DNA of 64,000 bases from Lama guanicoe (Eukaryota), in NCBI GenBank assembly GCA_013239625.1, contig MU054220.1, forward strand, positions 558,026 to 622,025, given 5' to 3'. Under the pieces are notes generated by a model. It saw only the letters and a list, made by a program, of their open reading frames with translations, was not told where the DNA came from and did not search any database. Positions 24,950-39,830 of this stretch are shown here, in pieces. A program made the position numbers and the translations under genes. Every line of letters starts with the position of its first letter. Position 1 is the first letter of the stretch.

Positions 24950-27900
24950 CTAGTTCATATATTGGCCCTTATTATAAACAGATGGCGTAAATATCTGAAA
25001 AGAAAAAATCATGAATCTGTATTTAAAAATAGCAGCATGATAATAATATCAAGTTTATCAAAAATTATATGACATTCATTGAATAGTAATATTCACTGTT
25101 CCTTATGCATAGATTCAAGTTATTTTTCCCTCTTATTTTACAAATCTATGGTTTAATAATTCTGTCATGGGAAAAATGAAGTAATTTTCAACATTATTGT
25201 CAATGATTATAGAATATTTAAATGTTAGTTTGATTTTTAAAAAAATTATCATTGCTAATTATATTATTTAGAGGACAATAAAAGTATAATATACATAATT
25301 TCAAAATTTGCACATTTTTAAATGCATGTGCCTTATCCATAAAGTCAAGCACACTTCCAGGATGATCTTGACAAGTTCTCTATTTTATTTGGGAGTATAT
25401 CCTCAGGAATGCAAATGTATTAAAAATACACCAGCTTCAATTGTTTCATTTGTTTAAAGGATCATCTTCCTTGCCATGTGAACAAACAATACAGATTGGA
25501 TATTTGAAACTAAAATAGTTTCAGGGACATTAAAAACAGAGAAGGGTTGAAAATGATGTATCAAAATATAGAATTTCAACAAAGAAAATTCGTGAAATAT
25601 AATCAGCAACTTCATTCATTTCTTCTATTTAAATTTTACAGCTAAAAAAATTGTGTGTAGAATCAATGTAAATTTCTGACGGCAAATAATACATGTGAGA
25701 TAAAAATAAATTGCCCAATCGTATTTGAATTGTCCATATTTCATAACTTTTCCTAGGATTTTATGTGTTTTATACACAAGCTAAGCAATAAAAATCAATA
25801 AAAGAAGATGATACCGAATGTAGCTCTAAGGCAGACTTCTTGTCAGCACTCAGTGACTGTTGCAGTAATGAATGGATGAAGGATTCAAGTTTTTCATCTT
25901 TAGTACAATCTTGACACATTACTTATACAGAAGGAAATAGCCTGTAAAATACAGAGTGCTTTCCGAAAACTATTCTATAAAGTGTTAAGGGATTCAAAGA
26001 CACCGAGTGGGGATGTAAACCCTACAGTGCCCTCTCAACCACAATCTGACCAGATGTAGGCACCACACCTGGGCATCAAAACGACTATAAAATACAGAAT
26101 GCCTTTGTAGTGAGGGTACTTGGAAGCCATCATTTATAGCAATTCACAAATTCAAAACTTGTTTCTTTAAGATCATTTTAGATGGTAAATAGGTAATTGG
26201 TACAGCATTTAAAATGCTCAATACTATGAGAAACCAACTCTATTTTAAGTTATTATTCAACTCTAATTTCACCAGGAAGAAAAAAAAATAAAAGCTCAGT
26301 TTGTTCCCATTATGAATTCAGCATTGCTACCATGCTTCCTAATGTCTAGCTTTCTTTTTTTTTTTTTTAACAAAGCAACAATCACGATCAGGCTTACAGT
26401 GTCCAGCAGTTAGCAGTATCTAAATAAGTTTAGTAGATTTTTGTTTCAGTGATCAGTTACTTCCTTACCTTGTTACAGTTAATGCTGATTCCTCATTTAG
26501 AAGAGGACACATTATTTACCTCACTGATAGATTAATTTACCTAAAACAAATCGATTTAAAGACAACCATTCGATAAGTAGGATGGTAAACAACTTAACCT
26601 GGGTGTCACTTAATACACCCTAACCACCAATTTCCTGTAGAAGAGATTCAGGTCAAGATAATCTAAGTAATTCCCGTGCATGAAAAAGTAACACACTATG
26701 AATATTGGAGGACAGATGTTCTGATTTTCACTCAGGTTGGGGCTGCTTTCCATGCTGGAGAGCAGAGCAAGATGGGGTGTCATGGAGTATAGCAGTGAGA
26801 AGAAGTATTTTGAGTCCTAATCTCAATTAAAAAAAATGTAAAGGTGAAAAATCACCAGATCACCCAGTCTGTCTTTATGAATAATTATGGGGCTGTGTCT
26901 TGCAGTTAGTATAAGTATGTGGTCCAGGATTCTGTATTCTAAACCATTTTGATGTTTTCCATCAGTTTTAGCAAAACGTGCATTCCTTAAGGTAAGATTC
27001 TGGCACTTTCTCTAGGAAATCATAGATGTTCAATCCACGATAGGTCTTAAAAATCCCATCCCAAATTCTGAGGGAAAATACTCTTATGATCAGAGCTATT
27101 AGCAGAAGTGAAAAGAACATGTATTACAATCAGATGAGAGAATTATTGCCATTAAAACAATAATACATATATTCTTGATCATGTTTTCTCAGTTATCTCA
27201 ATTTGTCAAATAATTGAAATCACAAAGGAAGAAATATTATGCATCTGCTTTATAAGTGACAGGAAGAGTGGCAGCAGAGAACGAGGTAGAAACAGGGATA
27301 ATAAACAAGTATAATAAATTAAATGGTAAACTGTTCTGATTCAAATTGTGTTTCCGTAGCATTAACCATCCGAATATATTAAAACAGTTACTTAAATATT
27401 TCTAATAGTCAAAGTTTTGACATTAAGTGAAATGTGCCCTGATTTTTACCTTATTTCACTTTAATTGTAATTCCACAGAATGAAAGTGTAGAATTTCAAA
27501 TCTAAGCAATTATGCTAATGTTCTATTAGAAATCAGTCACCTCGTTCAAGCATAGACACTATCCAAACATTTTTTCATCATTTTCACTAAATGTGTTCTT
27601 GTTCTATACATCAAATATTTTTAACAATAAGCTCAGGAAACAGGGCTAACTTCCTCCCCTTCCAAACTATTTGTGAACATTGAGCTTGTTGCTAACCTCT
27701 TAAAGCCTCATTGTCCACATTTATAGGTTTGATCTACTACTACATAATTCAGAAGTATAATGAGTAAGACAAGAAATAATTTGAAATACCCCAGCATCAT
27801 AACATGGCTCTAAATTGCACGTTAGTCTACTTTTCCTTTGTGCATTTTTTGAATGAGTAGTTTCTGAAATGGTCATGCACATGTATATAACCAAGGCCAA

Positions 27901-28241
27901 TGAAGAAATAAAGAAAACAAAACACAAATATCACAAAATAGATTTATAAAGAGGATCAGAAAGTGTCAATTTTGACAACATGTTAGTAAAACAAAATAAA
28001 ATACTCCATGAGGTCGTTTGTCTTAGGGTATTACTCAATACTAATTATTAAGTGGAATTTTTTTTTGCACTACAAAAATATATTTAAATTATTACTTTTA
28101 CTTTTTGGTAGTATTGCACACAAATTTTGCATTCTATTTTGGTTGTGCTAGCAAAATAATAAGAATAATTTTTCTCAAAGTAGTATTTTTGTGGTAAGTT
28201 CAAATGTTCTCCTAGAAGTATCAGAGTATGCTCTGCTATAA

Positions 28242-29260
28242 ACTTACCTTAATTGAATCAGATAAATCTAGTTTATTTTTGGATGGTAAGGGTTTTGAAA
28301 GTCAGGAAATCACTTGTCATTGGATATATGCAAGCATAAATGGGCCATTTCTTAAAAAGAATATGGAGGAAAATATAGAAGCACCAAATCAGAACTCAAT
28401 GTAATTCACTGCAACTTGAAGATTTTATAATTTTAATAGAACTGTTCTTGTTCTCAGCTGGAATTCTGCTCGTGAATAATGTATGACTAAAACTAAAGGT
28501 AACTGAATAATTTTATCGTAATCAAATGATCTTAGGCTGCAGGAGAAAATACACTTAATAATTAAACTAAACAGAATAAATTTAAGTGATGTTCAACCAC
28601 CCTAAAGTACAGAAAAATATTCTCCAAAACAAGTGACATGGTTACTTTACTAATTCATTGACCAACAGATCCTAGTGGCTTCAAGATTAATTTTAGGCTG
28701 AATCAGGAAGAATTCCCACCTGAGATACTTACTTTGCTGACCCTTCCTCAGTACTTAAATCTGAAATAAAATGCAGAGATTTACAAACCAGTTATTCAAA
28801 CATATTTAGGTCAATTCTCTAAAATTACTTTGAAAATCTCAACATGTCTTAGAAAATTGTATACATCTGCATGGGGACTGGAACATAAATCATGGGTTGG
28901 AACCAGTGGCTCTTCAGACTAAAATAAACAAATATATAAATAAATAAGTTTTTGAAATTCTCACAAAAGCAAACATACACTTTTCAGTCCTGGGAGTCAT
29001 TATTTTATGCCTAAGCCTAAGAAGAAATTTGGCTCAGAAGAGCAGAGAATGTCTTATATGACAACGTGAGAATTAATAGGTCTTTGGATATTCTAAGAAA
29101 TTATATTCCCAGTGGCACTTCTAAACAGAGCTTCACCAAAAGCCTCTGAGCTGCTGTCCAAGGTCACATCCCCGGAGCTGTGGGCATGGTCTGCCTATAA
29201 CTTTACTTCTCATTCTGTGTTCCCCTGGCTTAGGCACTGTTTCTCTGGGGGCCCAATGAT
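28242..29260 (-). promoter_or_regulatory. Putative 5'UTR exon and promoter of the second OR4P-like gene
   Basis: Donor aag|gtaagt (28242-28250); O/E-like tcctgggagt, atccccggag, ttccctggc; colinear with 16058-17110. Inference. Confidence 0.5.
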
Positions 29261-30539
29261 GCTCTAGGTAGACAAAGTTCAGGAAAGTGTGCCTGCCCGG
29301 CCATCAGCTTGCTTTCACAGGAAAGGAGGAAAAATAAAGTAGCATGGAACAGTGTAAGTTAGTGTTTGAGAAAACCTGAGATGAGGAAAGACAAAGAGAA
29401 CCAAAGGCAAGCAGCTACAGCCCAAATATGGGTCCTTATCTAGAGTGGCCTTCTGGGGTAGATGGCATCTGTCTGTGTGTAGACTGAGCAATGGAATCAG
29501 TGACCTGCAATATTAAGACAGGAACCAGGTTCATTTTCGGCAGGGACTAACCTTCCTGGAATTGATGGTTGAGGAATGGAGGAAGGAGAAAAGGAAAAAT
29601 GACAGACATTCTGTTCTCCATACACATTTCAAAGCAGAAATGATTTATCATTGAGAATATAATAAAAATATCAGAGAAAATCATCAAATAATGTGTAACA
29701 TAATTTTTTTTTACCATTTTGTTTTTCTTCTATGCCACTTCATTTCTGCAGGTCATATACACTCAGCCCAAAATGCACACCCTTAAGTTCAGGTCACCAA
29801 TTCCTTCTCTCAGACTCAAATCCATATATTAAAAGATTCCATCAAACATGTAAGACTTCAGGAAATCAATTTTTATGTTATCTTATATGGCACAAAATAA
29901 TTGTAATAACAACTATTTATTGAGAAATTACATAGTGCTTCAAATTTATTACACAATTTCATCCCACAATATTGCATATTTTGACAGAAGTAGAATTTCC
30001 TCTACTGTGCTGATAAGAACATGAGCCTCTAGAAGTTAAATGACTAGCTCAGACAGCTACTAAGGAGCAGAAGAATAATTCTGTGCCTTTTGTGAATGAA
30101 ACAGATTTTTTTTAAATCAGTTTAGAATTACTTCCATGCTTTGAAAGTTAAGCAAACTTGAGGAGATGAGAGATTCTATCTCTTAAGAATGAAGGATATC
30201 AGAACCCAGTGTTTTGCTGGTGGTTCATTTCAACATGATTTAGCCTGATGGTGATCTTACTTCACTTGAGCTCACATGTGTCAATACACAGAAGGACCTC
30301 ACTGGTCCTATCTCTACCCATCACTCACACACAAACACACACACACATACACACACACCAGGACACTTGTTAGAGATGTATGCTAGCACCCCATTTATGA
30401 GTTTGTCACAGGTCATCTGGAATTGTTCTGCTGAGAATTGATTTTGTTCTAAATACCCCCTTTTTTTAGATGCCCTTTCTAATACTTTTTATGTCATGGA
30501 TTATATGAATTTATTTACAGGATTGGCTTCTAATCATTT

Positions 30540-30741
30540 CTATGTCTCTGAGTCTATTTCTGATTTGTAAATAAGTTCACTTGTATCATTTCTTTTAGAT
30601 TCCACATACAAGTGATATCATATGACAATTGTCTTTGTCTGACTTATTTCACTTAATATGATAATCTCTAGATCCATCCATATTGCTGCAAATGGCATTA
30701 TTTCTCTCTTTTTTATGGCTGAGTAGTATATATATATATGC

Positions 30742-30784
<43 letters not shown>

Positions 30785-30980
30785 GCCACAACTTCTTTAT
30801 CCAGTCATTTGTTGATGGACATTTAGGTTGTTTCCACATCTTGTTTATTGTAAATGGCCCTGCTATGAACAATGGAGTGCATGTATCTTTGCAAATTAGT
30901 TTTCCTTCTGGATATATGTCCAGATGTGAGATTGCCAGATCATATGGTAACTCTATTTTTAAGGAACCTTCATACTCTTC
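30540..30980 (-). mobile_element. L1 3' fragment containing a (TA)n microsatellite
   Basis: ORF 30618..30872 gives ORF2 C-terminal motifs WKQPKCPSTNDWIKKLW and MPFAAIWMDLEIIILSEISQ. Confidence 0.88.
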
Positions 30981-31440
30981 TATTTAAAATAGCCAGGATA
31001 TGGAAACAACCTAAGTGTCCTTCAGTGGATGAATGGACATAGACGTGGTATAAATGCACAGTGGAATATTAGTCAGCCAATTCATTCCCAAAGAAGGAAT
31101 CCATGCCATTTATGACAACATGGGTGGACCTTGAGGACATCACACTAAGTGAAATGTCAGGCAGAGAAAAGCAACCACTACATGGAATCATTTATGTGTG
31201 GAGTCTAAAAAAATAATTTTAAAAGTTCAAACTCATAGAAAGTGGAAAAGAGGTTTCAGGCATTGAGGATGTAGGAAGTCAGGGAAATTTGGTAAAAGAT
31301 TGCAAACTTTCAGCTTTAAGATGAACACTGTCTGAGGATCTAAGGTTCAACATGGTGACTATAGGATATAACACCGTATAGTATAACTGGAATTCGCTAG
31401 GAGAGTAGAACTTAAATATTCCTGCCAAAAAGAAAAAAAA
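30981..31440 (+). mobile_element. Older L1 3' fragment (L1MA/MB-like)
   Basis: tggaaacaacctaagtgtcc...gacaacatgggtggaccttgagg...ggagagtagaacttaaatattc followed by an A-rich tail. Confidence 0.8.
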
Positions 31441-32597
31441 GTATTAATGAATGATTGATAATAAGGATAAGTTTCAGATATGTGATAACAATATATATTG
31501 TCAAATACAAAAGAGAATATAGCATCTTTTAATTTACTTTTATAACTGTTTAATTGCATCTTAATTTGTGCCAGACATATTGCTAGAAAACAGAGAGATA
31601 CAAACAAAGATGTGACATAGAATCTTTGCCTCAGTCAAACAGGTAAAACGCAGTTCACAAGAAGAAACACTAGCACAGAGCATAGGGTTATGTGATGTAC
31701 AGTTAAGTGCACAGCTGAAAAGCAATAACGAGATCAGGGAAGGAATCAAAAATACTTCTGGCCTGTTGCTGGATCTGCAAAATAATCCTGAATAAGATCA
31801 CCTCTGAAGTGTGAATTACACGTAAGACATAGGGGTGGGGGCATCCTAGTCAGAGGCGACAGAAGAAAATACTCAGAGAGCTGACAGATTTTAGGGTAGG
31901 TTTAGAGGATGTAGGGGAGTCCAATGTAGCTGGATGAAAGCATCCAATCAAAGGGAATCAAGGGACGAAAGGTAAAGAAAGAAGAAAAGAACCTAACATG
32001 AGTATCTGGTAGCCATGCCCCTGGCAAAACACTCACAAGTGTTAGCCCACTCAATATTACATTTTATGATGTATATTATCTTATTTCATAGATGTTTTTA
32101 AAATGGAAACTAATGTAGTTAAAGCTAATTGCCAAGACAATGACATAAAAACTTACAAAGTCAGCAGTCACCCAGGAGTCCTTGATTCCATAGCTTATCA
32201 TTGTAACACCATACTTTCTTTCAATGTGGTGACTTCTGAGATGAGCTAATTATATTTGAACTAGTTTCAGAAAATTCTGATGGACAAGTGAGAAGGTTGG
32301 ATTTTTTTTCCTGAGGAAAATAGTGTTCCATAGCAATTTTTGGAGAGATCTATAATATGATCAGATATATGCTTTAGAAGGATATATTTTTTGCATTCCT
32401 CAAATCCAAGTGCTCACGTCTAGATCTAGCTGGACCTTTTAGAGCGCAGATTACCATCTGAGACACAGTAATTTGCTTCTTTGGCTCACATAATGTCAGA
32501 GGTCATTTAGTCCCACTCCTCAAAGAAAGCTTACGTGCTTTCTATAACATCTCAAATGATAAGCGCCTAAGGACTTGGATTGAAAAAATCACCTTAT

Positions 32598-33527
32598 TTA
32601 CTTTAAATCTGAATGTGCCACTTGAGACCATACCTTCCGCATGGCGACTTTCATCTCCATGTTTCGGAGGGTGTAGATGAGAGGATTCAGCATGGGGGCA
32701 ATCACAGTGTAAAACACAGAGATCCCCTTATCCTTGTTCTCAGTGCCCGCAGGAAGAACATAGGTATAGATGCAGGGAACGAAGAATAAAACCACCACCA
32801 TGATGTGAGAACTACAGGTTGAGAGGGCTTTCCGTCGCCCAGCAGAGGAGTGGGTTCTGAGATTACATAATATGAGTATGTAAGAAACCACCAGCACAAG
32901 AAAAATGACAACCACCACCATCCCCGAATTTGCTATCACTAAGATACTCACGACGTGAATGTCTTTGCACACCAGTTTCAAAAGAGGCTTCACATCACAT
33001 AGGTAGTGGTCTATCTGATTAGGACCACAGAAGGGTAAACTGAGTACCATGAGAAGCAGAGCAACAGAATGCCAAAACCCCACGGCCCAGGCCAGGACCA
33101 CCAGCACGTTACACCTCTGCCGGCTCATGATGGCCACGTAGTGCAGCGGCTTGACGATGGCCACGTAGCGGTCAAAGGCCATGGACACCAAGATGCAGAT
33201 TTCCACACCTGCCAGCAAGTGGGCGGTGAAGAGCTGGGCCATACAGTTGTTATAGGAAATGTTTTTTCTCGCTGCAGCTAAGTCCCTGATTAGCCTGGGG
33301 ACCACGGTGGAGGTGTAGCAGAGGTCCATGAGGGAAAGATGGCAGAGGAAGTAGTACATTGGTTGTCGGATCAGATGGCTGCAGGTGATGGTGAGGAAGA
33401 TGATGGAATTCCCCATTAAGACGGCCAGGTAACAGAGCAGGAACAAGGAAAAGAACAGTAGCTCTATTTTCTTATTTCCCCACAGCCCCACAAAAACAAA
33501 TTCCGTGACATTGTTCTGATTTTCCAT
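32598..33527 (-). CDS. Olfactory receptor family 4 (divergent OR4P-related subfamily), intact
   Basis: 309-aa [58 protein letters not shown]; acceptor atttcag at ~33572. Confidence 0.93.
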   Translation of the reverse strand: MENQNNVTEFVFVGLWGNKKIELLFFSLFLLCYLAVLMGNSIIFLTITCSHLIRQPMYYFLCHLSLMDLCYTSTVVPRLIRDLAAARKNISYNNCMAQLFTAHLLAGVEICILVSMAFDRYVAIVKPLHYVAIMSRQRCNVLVVLAWAVGFWHSVALLLMVLSLPFCGPNQIDHYLCDVKPLLKLVCKDIHVVSILVIANSGMVVVVIFLVLVVSYILILCNLRTHSSAGRRKALSTCSSHIMVVVLFFVPCIYTYVLPAGTENKDKGISVFYTVIAPMLNPLIYTLRNMEMKVAMRKVWSQVAHSDLK

Positions 33528-35427
33528 GAGGTTGAGGTGAGTTCAGAGTACACAACAGACACTCAGTTCATCTGAAATGATACTGAACATAATACATCTT
33601 TAATGGAAGTTTTTTAAGATTTAGAGAGATTTATACATTGAAAATAATGTAGGTCATAGAAGATTTATTACAGAGTTAACCTATGTTTTAAGATTAAGGG
33701 CATCATATTTCAAATGATATTTAATGAACGTATATTTTATGTCGGGAACATTTGTAAACATTTTGCAGGCATTTAACTCACAACAACCCAGTAGCTCCTA
33801 TTCTGATACTCATTTTACATACTGGAAAATGAGAAATAGGAAGGTTCAGTTAATTACACTAAATCATGAAGATATTAAATACCAATCTAAGATGAACCTG
33901 ACCGATAACAAATTTCATGCTCTTCGGAATTATGCAACATCATTCACTGAAGAAATGATATTCCAGCTCTTGTCCATCTCTATAAAAGATATGTCACTCT
34001 CCACCCCTGCCTCTAGCTACCTGTGTAACACTAAGCAAGTCTCTCCCTTCTCCACAGGGGTATAATTCACGTGTAAGTCCCAATCACACATGAACATTCC
34101 ATACATTCAGTGGAACTAAATATTTATTCTTGAAATTTAAAAAATGCTTTAATCATAGCAAAGTATACCTGAATTAGTTGAAAGTAGTTTCTGTGACTCT
34201 CCTTGGCATGTGTGGTCAAGATTCAGAACATGAAGGGACCGGAAACAGAGAACTTAAGCACAACACTGGGCATCTGAATACAGGAAGACAGATTATTTTA
34301 TATAAAAACTTCACTTTTTCCCCCAATTACTCTAAAGACATCTTTTAGAGGGTCCTGTTGATATGTTACAAACATGTTAGAGAGCTAGTAGGTTTCCGTT
34401 GACTGTTGACAAAATCCATGTGATTAAAGAATGACCTACTTCTGTAAATACTCAGTTAAAACAGTGCTGCCATTTTGATGTAGTGTACCTAGGAGCAGAG
34501 AGTGAATATGTTGAGAGCATCACTTTTTACCCATAACCAAATACCCTCCGCAGCAAAATCATAGTTTGCCTAAAAGATGGTAAATTTCAATGAATTTTTT
34601 TAATAGTACCACTAAGGAACAATATGATGTATTGGACAGATCCCTCATCTAGTGACCAGGAAGATGAGCATCCAGTCTCACCAGTCCTTTTGGCTTTTTG
34701 TTGTGAGCACTGAGCAGAGCATCCTCTCTGAGCTACCTTCTTCAACTGGCAAGTGACATTAATAATGATGGGTCTATTTGCTTTATATCAAGAGCAAAAA
34801 TAATGAAATTTATGCAAAGAATATCCAGTATAAAGAATTTATGATTCTAACTTGTCAACTACACAGAATGGTACTCCAACAAATATTTCTGAAGAAAAAC
34901 CAACTGTTTTATAAGAAAATAGACACCAACATGTTCCTGAGTTATTGATTTTTACCTTTAAATTTTGTGTTCTGCCACAGGGAGACTGGTTGAAGAACTC
35001 CTATCAGAATTACATAAGTTTAATGAAGAAATATGGGAATTGGTATGTTTGTTCTACGTACAAAACAGAGCTAAGCAACATGCTTCTTTATATATAAATT
35101 GAGAATATCCAAACCTAGTCTATGTTTATATGGAAGACTCTGAGCAAATGATGTAAACAAATTTAAAGATAGCTTTTCATTATGATGATAATAAAAAACG
35201 GTAGAAAAACTAGAGAATCAAAACTGTAGAACACGTAATTCCTGGTTTAGAATGTTTCTTAAACATTGGCACAAGCCTCAGCATCTCTGAACATCTGGAT
35301 CAGTGCTGCACTAGTTACAATGATGGAAAATCACTTTGGAAAATACCTCCCTGTGGAAAAAGATCTTTCAAAGCAGGTCCTTTTTTTCTGATCTTCTTTT
35401 AATCCATAAAAACTCCTTGTGACTTGT

Positions 35428-35526
35428 TTCTTTCTTTCTCCCTCCCTGTATCTCTCTCTCTCTCTGTCCTTCTCTCTCTCTCCACACATAAACACACCCA
35501 CAGACACACAGACACACACACACACT
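35428..35526. repeat. (CT)n/(CA)n compound microsatellite
   Basis: Seen directly. Confidence 0.8.
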
Positions 35527-37489
35527 CCCCCATATCTGTGTTTAGATACACAGGGTTTTTGGAGTGAAGGAAAGATATTGAGTCCACCTTTTCACATACC
35601 TTTTAGTTAAAGAGTTTCTTCCAAAATTCCCTCCTTCAAGCTTTAAATTATTTAAGAAAAATCTCTACGAGGCTTTGTTTGCAAAAGTATGTCAACTACA
35701 GTTTGAAAGGAAAAAGCGATTAAAAAAGCATATTAGAAAAAGTGATTTATGACTAAGGTCATGAGAGTACGTGGATAGTGTCAGAACCCATCAAGGGTGA
35801 TTTTTTAGGTTTTCCTTTTTCTTTAAATATTTATAAGAAAGGAAACATTGTAAAATTAACATTTGTGGCATTATTTTTCATATTTTGAGTTAAATGTTGA
35901 GATACTATGTACTAATTATATGTTCTATGCACAATACTAAAAAAATTTCATTTACCAATGATTTCATCTTTACCATGACCTGATAAGGTATGTATTATTA
36001 TATCATCATCCCCATTTTACAAATAAGGAAGCTAGAATTCAAGTTTATACAAGTACTAAGGGGAATTATACATCTAAACAATTTATGTATGATTTGGAAT
36101 CTCATAGTATTTTCATTTGCTGAAATGTCTTCTCACAAATACAGAAAAAAAAAAGACTTAAAACCCTCAGTGTGCCCTCAAATTATCATATGGATTTCTC
36201 TGAATTTCCTCTTTTAAAAATAACAACCAAGAAAATTAATCTAGAACTTGAATTTAAAAATTTCAACTGCTAAGATCAAAAATTATGTAAAAGTGTTCAA
36301 AACTCTAAATTCTTTAATACTGATTTAAATATATATATATACATGCGTACATACATATAACTGATCATAGTGCCCACTTCTGCAAGGTTTTACATTTCTT
36401 TGAAACATCAAGTGATCCTTCAGGGTGTTTCCTTTTGTTTTCCTGAGACTGTGCTTTGGAGCAGCAAATAGATGTGGAATACTTCTGACTCTCCCATGAA
36501 CTGTTCATCCAAAAGAACCTTTTAGGAAAGCATTGCTGGGGATAACTTGAATTAAAAGCACAACAGGAGTATGAGGGAAAAATAAAAAACCCACAGGCAA
36601 TCTACAGCAGCCTGTGTGTGTGTGGTTATAATTATAGGAATAAAGCCAGTAATGTTAAAGAGATCTATAAGACAGGTTTGAGGCTTATTCCTTTAATTTA
36701 ATCTCTTGAGGGTTATCACAGGAATGATTCAATACTTCTGTAAAGTTATAGCACTGATGAAATATCATGGATGTTTGTTTTTCTCTTTCTCCCCCAAGAC
36801 TGAAGTTGCTGATGTTTATTTACCATGGTATATAATACATATTTAGTAAATTTGAAATCTTTATTATCCAGCTATATAAATATGGTAAGAGGGAATCAGG
36901 AGAACATTCATATTTTCCTTATAAACATCACATCATTACCATTAGGATAGAAGTTTGAAAATTATGTCTCGGTATTTAATTACACCCACTTGAAACAGAT
37001 GCCATGTACACCAATTTGTGTCACTAGGTATTACCTACTGTTAGGTACTATTCAGAGTTGGGGGGAAAGTCACAACGCATTTTTCTTTCTTATTACAAGT
37101 TTTGTTTTGTTTTGATTTGTTTTGTCCCTTTTCACACCTTGGATGAGAGAGGAAGAGGAGTGTTAGCAGAGTCTAAGGGGACAGATTGAATAAATTGTAG
37201 TCCCTAGTTCCTATTTCTTATCAGATGATCTTATCAGATGGGTCCATGTAGTGTCTCTCTTAAGTTTTCTTTATTTTATAATAATTTTTCCTCTTCTAAT
37301 GGCTCATTTCCACTCTAGACACCCACTATACTCTAAAATATTCAGCTCTCACTAGTTCTAGTGTATTGCACGAGTTGTGGTTTTCCTACAGAAGTCTACA
37401 TCTAGAAATAATCTCTTACTATGCTCTCCTTATAGTGTTTGACTATGTCATCTTGCCACTTGACTTTGAGAAGCAATAAAAGTCTTTAA

Positions 37490-39830
37490 TGGAAATTTAG
37501 ATATATATAAATATAGTCTAAAATGAAACAATGTCTAAAAATCAATTATCAAATGTTTTGATTTATCAACCTAGGAAAAAAAGCAAATTAAGTATAAAAT
37601 AACCAAAACACAGGAATTAAGGATGAGAAAAAAAAATCAATAAAATACAAAAAGAAAAAAAAAATTTAAAAGATGAAACAGAAAGCTGATTTTTGGAGAG
37701 ATCAATAAAACTATTATCTCAGAATAATAAGGAGGGGAAGATGGAGAAAGTAAAGAAGATGAGAACAAGACAGAAAAATAGAGACAAATTGCTTAAATCA
37801 AGAACGAAGTAATATACAGAAATACAGATTCTACAGATATTAACAGGACAGGATAAAGTATTATGATCAAATTAAAGCCAATAAATTTAACAACTTAAAA
37901 ACCAATTTTTTACAAAAATATTATAAAATCTGACAGAAGAAAAATAGAAAATCAGAATTATCATACATCAGTTAAAGAAATGAAATTTGGAGTTAAAATT
38001 TCTGTCAAAAATAACTGCAGGCCCAATGAATCTAATAAGAATTTATCATGACCAAGTGGAGTTCATCTCAGAAATAAAAGATTCATTTAACATTCAAAAT
38101 TTAATCAATATAATTCACTATATTAACAAAATACAGAGAAGAATCACAGAATCATTCCAATAAATGCATAAAATTAGTTACTTTTAATTTAGATACATAA
38201 TACTTTAAAAATATTTTAGCAAATGAAGAATATAAAGGAAATTACTCAACCTGATATACAGCATCTGTGTAAAACCTACAGCTATTATTCTTAAAAGTGA
38301 ATACTCTCCAGGTTTAGAACCAGTAAAGACTGTCCACTCCCATTTCTGCATTGTACCCTAGGTTCTAACCATTGCAATAAAGTAAGAAAAAGAAAAAAAA
38401 TCCATACAGATTAGAAAGGAGGAAGCAAAATTGCAAAAATACATTTATGTGCAGTAGCATGATTGTATAGGTAGAAAATCTTAAGTGCTCTACAAAAAAT
38501 CTAATAGACCTACCTATGCAGTTAATTTAGCAAGTTCACAGGGTATAATTTTAATACAAGAAGTAATTTCATTTTTATAATAGAAAACTCTAAAGTTGAA
38601 ATTAGAAACAACATGCTATGTAAAATATTGCCTAAAAACAAAATTTCAGAGGTAAATTTAAATATATATATTTAAAACGATAGATTTGTAAAGCATTTAA
38701 ACTGTATATCAAAACCAGAAAACATTTCAGAGAAAAATTTAATACATAAATAAATGGAGAGAAATACCATATTGATGGGTTAAAATATGACAGACTAACT
38801 CTATGTTTACTTTTTAATTTCAATGTAAGTCCAATAAAAATTAAATAGGATGATTGATATAATTTATAATCCCATTTTAAAATTTATACAGGAATATAAA
38901 AATTTAAAGAAACCTGGAATAGCAAATTTCTCTAAAAAGAACAAAACGATTTGAGTACTTTATCTAAATTCAAAACTTACTATAAAGCTCTCATCAATTC
39001 TGTGTTGTTGACATAAGGATAAACCTATAGATCATTAAAAATAATAGACAAAGCAGAAATAAACATAAATTTATAAATTTTTTAAAAAGATGTCAAGATA
39101 TTTAATTGGGTAAATAGACTTTTTAACAAATTACGCTACATCAATTGGATATGCATAAGAGAAAAAATGTGAACCTCAACCATTACCACATGCTATTAAA
39201 AAAATTAACTCAAAATGAGTCAGAGACCTCTATGATAAAACTATGACAATTCTAGAATAATTTTTTCGAATTGGAGGTAGATCAGTATTTATGAGATATG
39301 ACACAATTAGTAAGAATTTTAAGAAAAAAATTAAAAATTGGATCTTGTCAAAATGTTATATCTTCTCATTGGATTTCACCATTTTAAAATTGAAAAGACA
39401 ATCCAAAAACTAGGTGAAATTTTTACCTATTTATATATAAAAGTTTATATATACTCAGTGTTGTATATTTTACATATAATTTTTTACAAATACAAAGTTT
39501 ATACATTAATATATAATTATTTATATCTATTTGTATATTCATTATATATAAAGCATACATATGGCAAAACAACTGTATCTAACATATGTAGAGACTAGTT
39601 TAGTAATAAGAAACCCATAACCCCTATTTTTAGATTGTGTGAAGGACCGGAACAGAAAAAGAAGATACACACAACCAATGATATCATAAAAATTTAACTA
39701 TGTTCAACATTATTAGTCATCAGGGAATGCATATTAAAACCACAATAATTTACCAGTACATAGTTCCTAAAATAACTAAAAGGAAAATAACCAATACCAA
39801 GAGACTAAAACACGGAACAACTGGATCTGT
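37490..39830 (+). mobile_element. Ancient degenerate L1 ORF2 fragment
   Basis: A-rich sense L1 motifs (catgaccaagtggagttcatctcag, aaaacctacagcta, ttagtcatcagggaatgcatattaaaaccaca). Confidence 0.75.

Noticed and set aside
30540..31440. Back-to-back L1 pieces as a twin-priming inversion
   Set aside because: Both pieces cover the same L1 coordinates and have different 3'UTR types, so they are two independent elements.
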